From NCBI GenBank assembly GCA_023139205.1, contig JAGLOA010000003.1:1779-65778 (forward strand): a DNA stretch of 64,000 nt. The letters are read 5' to 3'. A program made the position numbers and the translations under genes. Source of the stretch: Candidatus Pacearchaeota archaeon. GTDB taxonomy: Archaea; Nanobdellota; Nanobdellia; Pacearchaeales; GW2011-AR1. Shown in pieces: positions 18,942 to 30,914 of this stretch; the stretch's first letter is position 1, and every line of letters begins with the position of its first letter. The notes under the pieces were generated by a model. It was given only the letters and a program-made list of their open reading frames with translations, was not told where the DNA came from and ran no database searches.

Positions 18942-21398
18942 ATGAAAACAGACTTCATCCCAATAGACTATGGCTATTTTGATTTCCAGGGAAAAAACTA
19001 CGCAAAAATTATAGGAAGAAATCAAGAAGGAAAAAGAGTTTGCATAATTGATTCTTGCCCTGTTTACTTATGGGCGATATTAAAAGATAATCTAAAACAA
19101 GATAAAATAAACAAGCTAATTAAAGAAATAAAAAAAATAAAACTTGATTTAAAGGGGAGAAAAACAAAAGTAGAAAAAGTAGAATTACATGAAAAAAATT
19201 ATTTAGGCAAAAAAGTAAAAGCAATAAAAATTTTTGCAACAAATTACAAAGACTTACATGATATCACCGATAAATTAGGGATGCCTGAAATAGAAAAAAG
19301 AAGAGGATATGATCTAGGATTTATTTCTCATTACATTATAGAGAGAGAAATTACTCCTTTATGTTGGTATGAAATTGAAGGGGAAATGTTAAATAATTCT
19401 CAAGAATTTGGGGGAATAGACATGGCTCTTGATGTTGATTTTTGCATTAAACTTGAAACATCTAAAAAAATAAAAGAGGAGAAAAAATTCACCCCAAAAA
19501 CACTTGCTTATGATATTGAAACAGATGAATTAAAAATAGGTCAGGGAGAAATTCTCATGGTTTCTTTAGTTTCAGAAAATTTCAAAAAGGTTATAACCTG
19601 GAAAAAATCTAAACAAAAACCCTCTTGGGTGGAATACGTTGAAGATGAAGCAGAACTCTTGGAAAAATTTGTTGAATATGTTAGAGAGATATCCCCAGAT
19701 TTTCTTGTAGGATATTTTTCAGATGGATTTGATTTACCCTATCTAAAAGCAAGAGCAGAAAAACACAATGTAAAACTCTCTCTAGGATTAGACGACAGCC
19801 AGCCAAAATTTACAAGAGGAATAAATTTAAAAGGAAAAATAAACGGAATTGTCCATATAGACCTTTTAAAATTCATTAAAACCGCTTACTCTCAATACAT
19901 GCAATCTGAAACACTTTCATTAAATGAAGTTTCAAAAGAATTTTTAGGAGATACAAAAAAAGATTTTAAATTAAAACATTCTTCAAAAATAGAAGAAAAA
20001 GATTGGGAGAAATATTATGAATACAACTTACATGATTCTGTTTTAACATTAAAATTATTTGAAAAAATGTGGCCAGACCTTTTAGAATTTTCAAAAATAA
20101 TGAAAGAACCAATTTTCGAGGTCTCAAGAAATGGTATGTCAAAAAATGTTGAATCTTATATTCTGCACAACCTAGAAAAATTTAATGAAATACCTGAAAA
20201 AAAACCAGGATATCATGAGATTTCTGAAAGAAAACAAAGAGGAAAATATCAAGGAGCTTTTGTTTTTGAACCTACCCCAGGACTTTATGAAAACATTGCA
20301 ATGTTTGACTTTACAAGCAGTTATGGAAGTGTTATTGTAACTTATAATTTATCTAAATCAACATTTTTAGAAAAAGAAAAAGAAAATTCTTATAACATAG
20401 AAACAGAAGGTAAAAAAATTTATTTCACTAAAAAACAAGGATTCTTCCCTGAAATGTTAAAAGAAATTATAGAAAAAAGAAAAAAATACAAACAAGAATT
20501 AAAACAAAACCCAGATGTAATTAAAAAAGCAAGAAGTAATGCCTTTAAACTTTTAGCAAACGCAGCTTATGGTTATCAGGGTTTTTTCGGTGCAAGATAT
20601 TATTGTGAAGAAGCAGCTGCAGCAACAGCAGCTTTCGCAAGAAAATTAATAAAAGAATCAATAGAAAATATAAACAAAGAAGGATATAAAGTTATATACA
20701 GCGACACTGATTCAATAGCATTTCTTCAAAACAAGAAAACAGAATCACAGGTTTTAAAATTCTTAAAAAAATTAAATTCAGAACTTCCCGGAATAATGGA
20801 GCTTGAATTAGAAGGATTTTTCAAAAGAGGTTTATGGGTTACAACAAGAGCCGGAACATCAGGAGCAAAAAAGAAATACGCACTTTTAGGAAAAGATGAT
20901 AAAATAAAAATAAGGGGATTTGAAACAGTCAGAAGAGACTGGTGTGGATTGGCTAGACAAACACAAAACAGAGTAATAAGACAAATTTTGAAAGACGGAA
21001 ATGAAAAAAAAGCTTTAGAAAATGTTAAAGAAGTAATTAAAAAAATAAAGCAAAGAAAAATAGACAAAGAAGATTTAATTATAAAAACCCAGCTTAAAAA
21101 ACCAATTTCAGAATATAAAGCAATTTCTCCCCATGTAATTGCTGCAAGAAAAATGAAAGAAAAAGAAATTCCTGTAAGCCAGGGAAATTTAATTGAATAT
21201 TATATTGCAGAAACAAAAGATAAAAAGAAATTAGTTAGAGATAAAGTAAAACTCCCTAATGAAAAAGGGGAATACAACATAGATTATTATTTAAACAAAC
21301 AAATTCTTTCAGCAGTAGAAAATATTTTTCAGGTTTTTAATTTAAATATAAAAGAAATAATAGAAGGAAAAAAACAAATGACTTTAGGAGATTTTTGA
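18942..21398 (+). CDS. polB: Family B DNA polymerase
   Basis: Exo motifs DIET, GFDLPYL, YNLHD; Pol motifs DFTSSYGS, KLLANAAYGY, YSDTDS; C-terminal PIP-like QMTLGDF. Confidence 0.96.
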   Translation: MKTDFIPIDYGYFDFQGKNYAKIIGRNQEGKRVCIIDSCPVYLWAILKDNLKQDKINKLIKEIKKIKLDLKGRKTKVEKVELHEKNYLGKKVKAIKIFATNYKDLHDITDKLGMPEIEKRRGYDLGFISHYIIEREITPLCWYEIEGEMLNNSQEFGGIDMALDVDFCIKLETSKKIKEEKKFTPKTLAYDIETDELKIGQGEILMVSLVSENFKKVITWKKSKQKPSWVEYVEDEAELLEKFVEYVREISPDFLVGYFSDGFDLPYLKARAEKHNVKLSLGLDDSQPKFTRGINLKGKINGIVHIDLLKFIKTAYSQYMQSETLSLNEVSKEFLGDTKKDFKLKHSSKIEEKDWEKYYEYNLHDSVLTLKLFEKMWPDLLEFSKIMKEPIFEVSRNGMSKNVESYILHNLEKFNEIPEKKPGYHEISERKQRGKYQGAFVFEPTPGLYENIAMFDFTSSYGSVIVTYNLSKSTFLEKEKENSYNIETEGKKIYFTKKQGFFPEMLKEIIEKRKKYKQELKQNPDVIKKARSNAFKLLANAAYGYQGFFGARYYCEEAAAATAAFARKLIKESIENINKEGYKVIYSDTDSIAFLQNKKTESQVLKFLKKLNSELPGIMELELEGFFKRGLWVTTRAGTSGAKKKYALLGKDDKIKIRGFETVRRDWCGLARQTQNRVIRQILKDGNEKKALENVKEVIKKIKQRKIDKEDLIIKTQLKKPISEYKAISPHVIAARKMKEKEIPVSQGNLIEYYIAETKDKKKLVRDKVKLPNEKGEYNIDYYLNKQILSAVENIFQVFNLNIKEIIEGKKQMTLGDF

Positions 21399-21925
21399 AA
21401 TTTAACTTTGGAATTTAATATTAACTTTAAAGTAGTAAAGAAACAAAAGATTTATAAAGAGGAGATTAATTCTATTTTTAAAGAAATTAAAATGAATAAA
21501 AAATATAAAATTGAGTATGACAAACTAAAGAATTGTGGCTCTGGTGCACTTGTTAGAAAGAAAATTTCAGGGGATACTTCCATGGGAAAATATTTAGGAA
21601 TAGTAATTAAAATAGACAAAGAAAATGTTTTAAAAGAATCATATTTTAAAAAAAATAAAGAACTTTCTCCAGAACAAGTAAAAGAAATTTGTTTAGATGC
21701 ATTTAAAACCCATTATAAATGGCTAACAACAAGTGATAAATATGATGTTCCAAATATACCCGGTACTCTTGAATCTTTTATCACTAAAGTAGGATAAAGA
21801 TAAATCTTTTAAGACGCCCAATTTCTTTTTTATTAATTCTCGAATTTTAGTTTAACTATATTTTTGCTCTCTCACTTATTGAACATATCAAATTCTTATA
21901 AAAAAAATGACTTTAGGAGATTTTT
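21376..21925. repeat. 21-bp direct repeat (21376-21396 and 21905-21925) duplicating the polB 3' end
   Basis: AAATGACTTTAGGAGATTTTT in both places. Confidence 0.85.
21408..21797 (+). CDS. Hypothetical protein between the direct repeats (start uncertain)
   Basis: ORF of up to 129 aa. Confidence 0.55.
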   Translation: MEFNINFKVVKKQKIYKEEINSIFKEIKMNKKYKIEYDKLKNCGSGALVRKKISGDTSMGKYLGIVIKIDKENVLKESYFKKNKELSPEQVKEICLDAFKTHYKWLTTSDKYDVPNIPGTLESFITKVG

Positions 21926-21927
21926 AG

Positions 21928-22242
21928 TTATTTAGCAAGAAATTGTAATATGTGAATAGTCATTATTCCGCAACCAATAGCAATTCTTATACTTCTTGTA
22001 AGTTGTTTTTTAATTCCCATATTTTTATGCTCACTTATTCTATAAACTCCTTCTATTATTAAAAAAATTGCAATAGAAAAAGCAAGTAAATCCATAGTTA
22101 TAGGGTCTAAATAACTACAACCACTATTAACCGATTCTTGACCAATCAATTGAACACTCATAACAATAATTATTACAAGTAAACATAAAATTCCAGTAAA
22201 AATTTTTGTTTTAGTAAAACTTGTCATCCTCTTTTTCTTCAT
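21928..22242 (-). CDS. Small 3-TM membrane protein
   Basis: Hydrophobic segments, GCSYLDP. Confidence 0.7.
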   Translation of the reverse strand: MKKKRMTSFTKTKIFTGILCLLVIIIVMSVQLIGQESVNSGCSYLDPITMDLLAFSIAIFLIIEGVYRISEHKNMGIKKQLTRSIRIAIGCGIMTIHILQFLAK

Positions 22243-22290
22243 TAATAGAAAAATGACAAACCATTTAAATACGTTTTGATAAAAGAAAAT

Positions 22291-23169
22291 ATGAATAAAG
22301 AAAAAATAATCAAAGCAGGGAAAATAGCATCAGAAGTTAAAGAATATGCAAAATCAATTATAAAAAAAGATATGCCTCTTTTAGAAATAGCTGAAAAAAT
22401 AGAAGCTAAAATAATTGAATTAGGCGGAAAACCAGCTTTTCCAACAAATCTTTCAATTAATGAAATTGCTGCACATTTTACTCCGTCTTACAATGATGAA
22501 ACTCTTGCTTCAGGACTTTTAAAAATAGATTTGGGAGTTCATGTTGATGGTTGGCTTTCAGATACTGCATTTTCTTTAGACTTAGAAAATAATCAAGAAA
22601 ATCAAAAACTTATAGAAGCATCTGAAAAAGCTTTAGAAAATGCAATAAAAATTTCTAAAAAAAATATTTCCACAAGTGAAGTAGGAAAAACAATCCAAGA
22701 AACAATTGAATCTTATGAATTTGCTCCAATAATTAATCTTTCTGGACATTCAATGGAAGAATATGAATTACATTCTGGAATAACAATTCCAAATATTGAC
22801 GATAAAAAACAAATTTTTCTTCAGGAAGGACTTTATGCAATAGAACCTTTTGCAACATTTGGAAACGGGAAAGTTCATGATGGAAAACCTTCTGGAATTT
22901 ATATGATTATAGATACAAAAAATCCAAGAAGCCAAATTGCAAGAGAAGTTTTAGATTTTGTTTCAGAAGAATATCAAACACTTCCTTTTTGTTCAAGATG
23001 GATTATAAAAAAATTAGGAACAAAAGCATTATTTGGATTAAAACAATTAGAAAACAATGGAAACTTACATCACTTCCCACAACTCATAGAAACATCACAC
23101 TCAAAAGTTGCCCAAACAGAAAACACAATTTTAATTGAAAAAGATAATGCGATTGTGACTACAGAATAA
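22291..23169 (+). CDS. map: Methionine aminopeptidase type II
   Basis: PAFP-NLS-NE-AAHFTP, KIDLGVHVDG-LSDTA, NLSGH, AIEPFAT. Confidence 0.96.
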   Translation: MNKEKIIKAGKIASEVKEYAKSIIKKDMPLLEIAEKIEAKIIELGGKPAFPTNLSINEIAAHFTPSYNDETLASGLLKIDLGVHVDGWLSDTAFSLDLENNQENQKLIEASEKALENAIKISKKNISTSEVGKTIQETIESYEFAPIINLSGHSMEEYELHSGITIPNIDDKKQIFLQEGLYAIEPFATFGNGKVHDGKPSGIYMIIDTKNPRSQIAREVLDFVSEEYQTLPFCSRWIIKKLGTKALFGLKQLENNGNLHHFPQLIETSHSKVAQTENTILIEKDNAIVTTE

Positions 23170-23170
23170 A

Positions 23171-24242
23171 TTATTTTTTACTCACTTTTATTTTTCTAAT
23201 ATCTTCAAAAGAACTTAAGAAATTCTCTCCTGCTTTTTTATTAGAAGCCTGGAATTTTAGATTTAATCCAGATTTTGTGTGCAAATCAATTTCTGAATAT
23301 AAAACAACAGGAATCTGATAATTATTGTTAAACCTTTTATCAGGACCTCCACTTTTATTCATATATTTCCAATTATGTCCAACTACTTCTGTATCTTTTG
23401 GAACTCCTTGGTCTTCAATAAATTTTGTTATAAGGGTATTAATCTGTAATTCAGAATAAAGAGCTATACCTACTTTTTTTCCTTGATATATTAAAATCCT
23501 ATCGGGAAAGAAATAATATTGTTTATTATCAATTTTAAAACCATAAGGAATTATATTTGAATCAAAAAAAGGTGGCAATTCTTGGAGAATCTGAAATGAT
23601 TTTCTATTAACCAAATTTGAAGCTCCTGAATTTCTTTTCCAATCATCAGTTAATTGTTGGGTTTCAATTCTCCAAATTTTATCTGTTTTTTTAAATTCTT
23701 CAAATCCATCGTTAATCTTATCAAATGGACTTTTGATTTCTTTATCCAATTCATAAACAATGGTTACTGTTTTTCTTTCCACATCTTTTTTAAATAAATA
23801 AGAGTAGGAAGCGATTGATAGAAGGATCATTATAAAAGTTAACCATCCAGGAGAACCTGCTCCTAAAGCAATAACAAAAATAATTATAGAAGATATTAGG
23901 GAAATGGTGCTATATTTTACTAAAGAATTTTTTTTCAGTAATTTCTGTAAGCAAATTATCTGGTGATGAATTTTGAAAATTCTTTATGTCCGCACTTTCA
24001 ATACGATTTTTTTCAATCTCCTGTTCTGGGATTTCATATTTTGTCTTTTGTTTATAAGACTCAGAAAAACCACCGATTTTTTTTCTGTAATAAAATCCTT
24101 GACGACCTAAATGGATAAAGGTTCCATTTGGTCCAACAGATAATCTTGCACCTTTAATTCCTGTTGAAATCCCAATACCCCTTGTTGAAAAATTGAGTGC
24201 AAAAGGTCCAAATGATTTCCTTCTCCTAATGAAAAAACCCAT
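23171..24242 (-). pseudogene. DUF4236-family membrane protein split by a frameshift in an A8 run
   Basis: N-terminal MGFFIRRRKSFGPFALNFS..GIGIS-G-KG; removing one base from T8 at 23928-23935 joins both ORFs through a TM region; C-terminal WKY-NKSGGPDKRF. Confidence 0.75.
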
Positions 24243-24328
24243 AAAATAAAAGTGAGTTAATTTATATATAAACTTTTTGTAGATTACCTTCTTTCTCTTA
24301 ACCTATAAAAATTCTTAAGCATAACAAC

Positions 24329-26512
24329 CTACTTTCCCTTCTTAACAACTTTCTTCTCAACTTTCTCTTTCTTAATTTCAGGCTCAATTATCTTCCCACT
24401 ACTTTCCAAAGTTTCTTTTAATGCTTTATCAAAATCTTCTTTTGTTATTACCATTTTTAACTTATCTGATTTTTTAGTCTTGTAATATTTTTTAATTGCA
24501 TTTATTCCTGCTTTTCTGCATAAAGATTCTATATCTGCTCCTGTCCAGGAATCTGTTTTATCAACATAATCTAAAATATTCAAAGATTTATCAAGAGGCA
24601 TTGTTCTTGTATGAACCTTAAAAATTTCTTCTCTTGTTTTTTTATCAGGGATTCCAAGTTCAACTATCTCATCAATTCTTCCTGGCCTCAATAAAGCAGG
24701 GTCAATTAAATCTGGTCTGTTTGTCGCAGCAATAACAACAACCTTCTCTAATTCCTCAATTCCATCTAATTCAGTTAATAATTGATTAACAACTTTTTCA
24801 GTAGAATCTGACAAAGAACTTCCACGGGATTTTGAAATAGAATCAAATTCATCAAAAAAGATTATTGAAGGAGCAACCTGCACAGCTTTCTTAAATATCT
24901 CCCTGACATGTTTTTCAGATTCTCCAACCCATTTTGAAATTAATTCAGGACCTTTTACTGAAATAAAATTTGCATTTGCTTCTGTTGCAACAGCCTTGGC
25001 TAAAAGAGTTTTCCCTGTTCCAGGAGCACCAGTTAACAAAACACCCTTAGAAGGTTTGATTCCTGCCTTGACATATAAATCAGGTCTAATCAAAGGTAAC
25101 TCCACCAACTCCCTTAACTTATCCTTAGCTTTTTCCAATCCCCCAACATCACTCCATCTTACATGAGGTTTATTTATCAAAACTTCCCTCATTGCAGAAG
25201 GCTCCACAGTTCTCCCGGCATCAATAAAATTCTCCCTTGAAACTTTTATCTTATCCAAAATCTCAGTTGGAATTTTTTCCTGCATATTTTTAAGTTCTGA
25301 AAAATAAGGCTTTATTGATTTAAGAGCAGCCTCCTTGCATAAAATATCTATATCTGCTCCAGTATACCCAATTGTTCTTCTGGCAATCTCATCAAAATTC
25401 ACATCTTTAGCCAGAGGCATACCTCTTGTATGAATCCTCAAAATCTCTTTCCTCCCTTCCTCACTAGGAGGATTAATTTTTAATTCCCTATCAAATCTTC
25501 CAGGTCTTCTCAAAGCCTCATCAATATCATCAGGTCTGTTTGTTGCAGCCATTACAACCAACTGCCCACGAGATTTCAAACCATCCATTAAAGTCAATAA
25601 TTGAGCAACAATCCTCTTCTCTGTCTGATCTATCCCCTCTCCTCTCTTCGGAGCAATGGAATCAATTTCATCAATAAAAATTATAGAAGGGACGTTTTTT
25701 TCTGCTTTCTCAAATATTTCCCTGATATGTTTTTCACTCTCTCCATAAAACTTAGACATTATTTCTGGTCCTGCTATTGAAAAAAATGCAGCATCTGTTT
25801 CAGTTGCAACAGCCTTAGCTAAAAGAGTTTTCCCTGTTCCAGGAGGACCTGTTAATAAAACTCCTTTTGGAGCCCCAACACCAAGCTTCTGAAATACTTC
25901 TGGATGCTTCATTGGAAGCTCAACCATTTCTCTGATAGACTCTATCTCATTTTTCAATCCTCCAATATCCTCATAAGAAATACCAGTTGAACGCAAATCA
26001 CCTGAATAAACTTCATCAGAAACAATAATTTTTGTTGAAGGAGAAACAACCACATTTCCTTTTGGATTTAGTTTAGAAATAACATAACTCAATTTTGTTC
26101 CAAATACATCAATAACAATAACCTGATTTAAAACAAGAGGTCTGTCTAATAATTTTAAATGAAAATATTCAACAGGGTCGTTGCTGAACCTTACCCCTTC
26201 CTGCAACGGAGAAAGAGTTATTGATTTGGCTTCCTGAAAATCTGTTTTAAAAATCTCTATTTGCTCGCCTATTGAAGCATTTATATTTGAACGCGTAACC
26301 CCATCCAGCCTTATAATTTCTTTTGCTTCATTTTTCTTTAAAGCCCTCATAACCTTAACAACTCCTAAAACTTTTCCTTTAATCGCTATTAAATCCCCAG
26401 AAACCAAATTAAGAGAATCCATAACTTCAGAAGAAATCCTGGCAACACCTTGATCTATATCTTCCTGCATTGATTCTGCAACTTCTAAATTTATTATTTG
26501 TTTTTTAGTCAT
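24329..26512 (-). CDS. cdc48: CDC48/VCP-family AAA+ ATPase, paralog 2
   Basis: Two AAA domains ([16 protein letters not shown]), RPGRFD. Confidence 0.95.
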   Translation of the reverse strand: MTKKQIINLEVAESMQEDIDQGVARISSEVMDSLNLVSGDLIAIKGKVLGVVKVMRALKKNEAKEIIRLDGVTRSNINASIGEQIEIFKTDFQEAKSITLSPLQEGVRFSNDPVEYFHLKLLDRPLVLNQVIVIDVFGTKLSYVISKLNPKGNVVVSPSTKIIVSDEVYSGDLRSTGISYEDIGGLKNEIESIREMVELPMKHPEVFQKLGVGAPKGVLLTGPPGTGKTLLAKAVATETDAAFFSIAGPEIMSKFYGESEKHIREIFEKAEKNVPSIIFIDEIDSIAPKRGEGIDQTEKRIVAQLLTLMDGLKSRGQLVVMAATNRPDDIDEALRRPGRFDRELKINPPSEEGRKEILRIHTRGMPLAKDVNFDEIARRTIGYTGADIDILCKEAALKSIKPYFSELKNMQEKIPTEILDKIKVSRENFIDAGRTVEPSAMREVLINKPHVRWSDVGGLEKAKDKLRELVELPLIRPDLYVKAGIKPSKGVLLTGAPGTGKTLLAKAVATEANANFISVKGPELISKWVGESEKHVREIFKKAVQVAPSIIFFDEFDSISKSRGSSLSDSTEKVVNQLLTELDGIEELEKVVVIAATNRPDLIDPALLRPGRIDEIVELGIPDKKTREEIFKVHTRTMPLDKSLNILDYVDKTDSWTGADIESLCRKAGINAIKKYYKTKKSDKLKMVITKEDFDKALKETLESSGKIIEPEIKKEKVEKKVVKKGK

Positions 26513-26892
26513 TTTCTTTTTTCAAAATAAATCTCCAAAACTCCATTTTTAAAAGTATGATTAACTTTTTTATGATTTACAAAACTAGGAAGTATCTTTT
26601 TAAAATATTCCCCTCTGCTTAATTTCCTTGCAAGATATTCCTGAATATTTTCAAGATTATTTTTCTTGGCAGTTATTTCTATTTCTTTTTTTGTAATATC
26701 AACCTTTATATCTTTTTCAGAATAACCAGGCAATTCAAAAACCAAAAACAATTTATCTTTGGTTTCTATAAAATCAATTATTCTTTCATCATCTTCTCCT
26801 TTAATAATATTCTCCGAGCTATGTAAATTTGATCTTTGACCAAAAAAGTCTCTTACAATATTTTCAAAAGGGTCTTCATCAAAAAAACTCAT
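26509..26892 (-). CDS. Small heat-shock protein (Hsp20)
   Basis: ELPG...DI.V, FKNGVLEI. Confidence 0.88.
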   Translation of the reverse strand: MSFFDEDPFENIVRDFFGQRSNLHSSENIIKGEDDERIIDFIETKDKLFLVFELPGYSEKDIKVDITKKEIEITAKKNNLENIQEYLARKLSRGEYFKKILPSFVNHKKVNHTFKNGVLEIYFEKRK

Positions 26893-26896
26893 TTTA

Positions 26897-27040
26897 TGCC
26901 CCTAGTAAAAATCTTTTCAGAAGATTTTCTCTCAGACCTACTTGGTTCGGGGCCTCGAAGAGGTCTTGTCCCTCCTTGGGATACTCGCACCTTCTTGGTG
27001 TACGCACGAAGTGTGTCCCTTATACACCCAAGGGTGTAAA
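26897..27040. repeat. GC-rich multi-hairpin cassette, intergenic
   Basis: Hairpins AAAATCTT/AAGATTTT, GGCCTC-GAA-GAGGTC, GCAC-GAA-GTGT, TACACCC-AA-GGGTGTA; modules shared with the valS, Trm5, tRNA-Gln and tRNA-Lys copies. Confidence 0.85.
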
Positions 27041-27066
27041 AATTTAATTTATTAATTTTTATCATT

Positions 27067-29364
27067 TTATCCTAAATAACTATTCTCCACAGGTATTGCT
27101 GCCTTTGCAGATTTTAAATAATTCTCCTCAATTTTTTTATAAACTTCAATGGTTGATTTATTTACACTTGGCTTAACTTTATTTAAAGCCCCGTCAAAAT
27201 GTTTTTTCTTTACTTGATCTGAATCTATAGATTCCCTTAAAGCCAACATTGCAGCTTCCCTAACCAATGCTTCTAAATCTGCCCCGCTATAACCAATTGT
27301 CTTTTTAGCTAAATCCTTAATTTTAACATCCTTAGCCAAAGGCATATTTTTTGTATGAATCTCCAAAACTTTTAATCTACCTTCTTCTTCAGGAGTATTA
27401 ACTAACAAAATTTTATCAAATCTTCCAGGCCTCAATAAACCTGGGTCCAACATATCTGGTCTGTTTGTCGCTCCAATAACAAGAACATCATGCAAATCCT
27501 CAAGACCATCCATTTCTGCAAGCAACTGATTCAATACTCTCTCAGTAACCTTTGTCCCTGTTTCTGATCCTCTCTTCCCTGCCAAAGAATCAACCTCATC
27601 AAAAAATATAACACAAGGAGAAACTTGTCTTGCTCTCTCAAAAATCTTTCTCATCCCTTCTTCTGATTTACCAACCCACATGCTTAACAAAGAAGGTCCT
27701 TTAACCTGAATAAAATTAGCTTCTGATTCTTTTGCAACAGCCTTAGCCAATAAAGTCTTACCTGTTCCAGGAGGACCATAAAGCAAAATTCCCCTTGAAG
27801 GCCGAATACCCATTCTTGTAAAACTCTCAGGATATTTCATAGGCCATTCCACAGCTTCTTTTAATTCCATTTTAACAGAATTTAATCCTCCAATATCCTC
27901 CCACCCAATATTTGGAGTCTCAACCAAAACTTCCCTCATTGCAGAAGGTCGAACAACTTTCAAAGCATCCATAAAATTTTCTTTTTTAACAATTAACTTT
28001 TCTAAAATCTCATGAGGAATTTGCTCTTCTTCATCTAATTTCATTTGAGGCAGAAACTTCCTTAAAACACTCATAGCAGCCTCCTTGCTCAACGCCTCTA
28101 AATCAGCACCAACAAAACCATGCGTTACAGAAGCAATCTCATCTAATTTAACACCCTTTGTTAAAGGCATACCTCTTGTATGAATTTTTAAAATTGAAAG
28201 TCTTCCTTCTTTACTCGGAACATTAATTTCTACTTCCCGGTCAAATCTTCCAGGTCTTCTTAATGCAGGATCAAGAGCATTAACTCGATTAGTTGCTCCA
28301 ATAACTATAACATTCCCTCTTCCTTTAAGACCATCCATCATCGTTAATAATTGACTAACAACTCTCCTTTCAACTTCCCCTCCCACCTCTTCTCTTTTTG
28401 GAGCAATAGCATCTATTTCATCAATAAAAATTATAGTTGGTGCAGTCTTCTCTGCTTCTTCAAAAATATCTCTAATTTTTTTTTCACTTTCTCCATAAAA
28501 CTTAGACATTATTTCTGGTCCATTAAGCAAAATAAAATTAGCTTCTGATTCATTTGCAACAGCCTTAGCTAAAAGAGTCTTACCTGTTCCAGGAGGACCA
28601 TGCAATAAAACTCCCTTTGGAGGTGCTATTCCCAATTTCTGAAAAATTTCCGGATGCTTCATAGGAATTTCTACCATCTCCCTTATTTTCTTAATCTCTT
28701 CAGAAAGCCCACCAATATCTTCATAATTAATCTCAGGGATTTTTTCATCAGTTATTTCAACAGCTTTAGGATTTAATGTAACTTCTGTATTTTCAGAGAT
28801 ATAACATGGCTGATTTGGATTTGCATTAACAACTAAAAATTTAATTTGAGAAATTCCTCCGCCCAAATTTCCAAAACCCATGTTTTCAAACGCATCGCCA
28901 AATAATCCTCCAAGATCTTCATTAAGTCCCATCTCTGAAAATAAATCTCTTCTTCTTTGTACCCCTCCTAAAACAACAAGGTCTCCTTTTACAAGAGTTC
29001 TTCCTAAAAGCCCTCTCCTTAAACTTTCAGGATCTCCCTGAACCATAATTCCTTTTTGTGCAGGAGCAATCATTATTTTTTTTGCTTCTTTAACCTCTGC
29101 CTTAGAGATTGTAACAACATCTCCAATACCTGTTTTTGCATTTCTTCTTAAAATACCATCAATTCTTATAATTCCTTCACCAACATCAGCAGGATAAGCT
29201 TTATCTGCAATAGCAACTGTTTCCTTCCCACCTTTTATAAGAATAACATCTCCTCTTTTAATCCCTAACTCTCTCATTATTTCACTATCTAATCTAGCAA
29301 TTCCCTTATATGCATCATCCTGCAATGCTTCAACAACTTTTAATTGAATTTCTTTTTTATCCAT
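27067..29364 (-). CDS. cdc48: CDC48/VCP-family AAA+ ATPase, paralog 1
   Basis: N-domain plus two AAA domains with GPPGTGKT. Confidence 0.96.
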   Translation of the reverse strand: MDKKEIQLKVVEALQDDAYKGIARLDSEIMRELGIKRGDVILIKGGKETVAIADKAYPADVGEGIIRIDGILRRNAKTGIGDVVTISKAEVKEAKKIMIAPAQKGIMVQGDPESLRRGLLGRTLVKGDLVVLGGVQRRRDLFSEMGLNEDLGGLFGDAFENMGFGNLGGGISQIKFLVVNANPNQPCYISENTEVTLNPKAVEITDEKIPEINYEDIGGLSEEIKKIREMVEIPMKHPEIFQKLGIAPPKGVLLHGPPGTGKTLLAKAVANESEANFILLNGPEIMSKFYGESEKKIRDIFEEAEKTAPTIIFIDEIDAIAPKREEVGGEVERRVVSQLLTMMDGLKGRGNVIVIGATNRVNALDPALRRPGRFDREVEINVPSKEGRLSILKIHTRGMPLTKGVKLDEIASVTHGFVGADLEALSKEAAMSVLRKFLPQMKLDEEEQIPHEILEKLIVKKENFMDALKVVRPSAMREVLVETPNIGWEDIGGLNSVKMELKEAVEWPMKYPESFTRMGIRPSRGILLYGPPGTGKTLLAKAVAKESEANFIQVKGPSLLSMWVGKSEEGMRKIFERARQVSPCVIFFDEVDSLAGKRGSETGTKVTERVLNQLLAEMDGLEDLHDVLVIGATNRPDMLDPGLLRPGRFDKILLVNTPEEEGRLKVLEIHTKNMPLAKDVKIKDLAKKTIGYSGADLEALVREAAMLALRESIDSDQVKKKHFDGALNKVKPSVNKSTIEVYKKIEENYLKSAKAAIPVENSYLG

Positions 29365-29367
29365 TTT

Positions 29368-29715
29368 TTATTTTTTTAATTCATGAAAATTTAAAGATAA
29401 TCTTCCCATATCTTCAAAACACAATTTAACCATATTGTCCATAATTTTTTTTTGCTCATTCATAAATGAAACTATTTCCTTTGGGATTGAAACAGCATAA
29501 CTATTTCCTACAAGTCTCATCTTAACTCTAAATTCCTTATTTTTTAAATTTATAAATTTAATGTACTCTTGCTCATCAACAGGGTGAATCAATTTTTCAT
29601 GACATTTTGGACAAATCATGGCTCTAAACAAAAATCCACTTTTAACAATCTTAGCTTTTTGCATTTTAAAATTACATTTCCTGCACAAAATTGTGTTATC
29701 AAATATATCTGACAT
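29368..29715 (-). CDS. Zn-ribbon plus AbrB-like protein
   Basis: CRKC, CPKC, then RLVGNSYAVSIPKEI. Confidence 0.7.
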   Translation of the reverse strand: MSDIFDNTILCRKCNFKMQKAKIVKSGFLFRAMICPKCHEKLIHPVDEQEYIKFINLKNKEFRVKMRLVGNSYAVSIPKEIVSFMNEQKKIMDNMVKLCFEDMGRLSLNFHELKK

Positions 29716-29813
29716 TTTTAAGGTATATACTTTAAGTATATACACAAAAGATATACTATTTAAATGTTTTGGGAATAAAACATTTTAAAAACAAAAATAT
29801 CCTCTTCTTTAAA

Positions 29814-30452
29814 ATGAAAACTAAAAAAATATTAAATACAACAAAAAAATTTTTAGAAAAGTTTTGGTTTTTATTATGGAAAGATAACAGCTTAAAGGGG
29901 TGGCTTATCTCAATAATTTTCCTTTTTGTCTTAATAAAATTTATTCTCTTTCCTGGTTTAAGTTTAATCACAGGAACTGCCTTGCCTTTAGCAATTGTTG
30001 AATCCTGCAGTATGTATCATGAAGGAGATTTTCTCTCTAACTTTAATAATTGGTGGGAAAAACAAGAAACAAAATATTCTCAGTTTAATTTAGAAAAAAA
30101 TGGATTTGAAAATTTTATATTTAAAAAAGGTTTTAACAAAGGAGACATATTATTTATTATTGAAGCAAAACCAGAAAAACTAAAAATAGGAGACGTAATA
30201 ATCTTTAATGCAGATAAAAAAAATCCAATAATTCACAGAATAATAAAAATTGAAAATCAAGACGGAGAATACATTTTTTCAACAATCGGGGACAATAATA
30301 ATGGACAATTAAGTTTAGAAAAAAATATCAAAGAAGACCAGTTAGTAGGAAAAGCTATTTTCAAAATTGCTCCTTTAATAGGCTGGGCAAAATTAATCTT
30401 TTACGAAAACTTAAGACCTACCTCAGAAAGAGGTTTATGCGAACAAAACTAA
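29814..30452 (+). CDS. Signal peptidase I (S26B/Sec11-like)
   Basis: VESCSMYH, KGD, GDVIIF, PIIHRII, GDNN. Confidence 0.88.
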   Translation: MKTKKILNTTKKFLEKFWFLLWKDNSLKGWLISIIFLFVLIKFILFPGLSLITGTALPLAIVESCSMYHEGDFLSNFNNWWEKQETKYSQFNLEKNGFENFIFKKGFNKGDILFIIEAKPEKLKIGDVIIFNADKKNPIIHRIIKIENQDGEYIFSTIGDNNNGQLSLEKNIKEDQLVGKAIFKIAPLIGWAKLIFYENLRPTSERGLCEQN

Positions 30453-30552
30453 AACAAAAACTTTTTAAAGAAAACTAATTAAAAATTAAGATGGAATTTT
30501 GTCTAACAATAACCAAACTTGTTGATACAGAATTAGTAAGGGGGAATCTATA

Positions 30553-30861
30553 ATGGAATTCTGTCCTAAATGCGGTGCAGTGCTTATTCAAAAAAGAAAA
30601 AATGCTGGATGCCCAAGATGTAATTATTCTGCAAAAGGAAAAGCAAAAATAATTGCTTCTGAAAAAATAGAAGAAAAAAAAGAAATAGAAGTAATTTCAA
30701 ACAAAGATTCTCAAGTTCTACCTATAGTTGGAGAAGAATGCAAGAAATGTGGAAATAAAGAAGCTTATTTCTGGACAGTTCAAACTCGTTCAGGAGATGA
30801 AGCAGAAACAAAATTCTTCAAGTGTACAAAATGTGAATTTACTTGGCGTGAATATAGGTAA
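30553..30861 (+). CDS. tfs: Transcription factor S (RpoM-like)
   Basis: FCPKCG, CPRC, QTRSGDEAET, CTKC..WREY. Confidence 0.95.
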   Translation: MEFCPKCGAVLIQKRKNAGCPRCNYSAKGKAKIIASEKIEEKKEIEVISNKDSQVLPIVGEECKKCGNKEAYFWTVQTRSGDEAETKFFKCTKCEFTWREYR

Positions 30862-30914
30862 TTAATTCTTAGCAGACAACATCTTTTTAAATCAAAAGTT
30901 ATTTACTGAATTAC

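Noticed and set aside
26829-27047. 72-aa and 67-aa ORFs
   Set aside because: They are open only because they cross the GC-rich hairpin cassette and overlap hsp20 antisense
24329-29364. Two Cdc48 paralogs flanking Hsp20
   Set aside because: Multiple Cdc48 paralogs and hsp20 linkage are common in archaea
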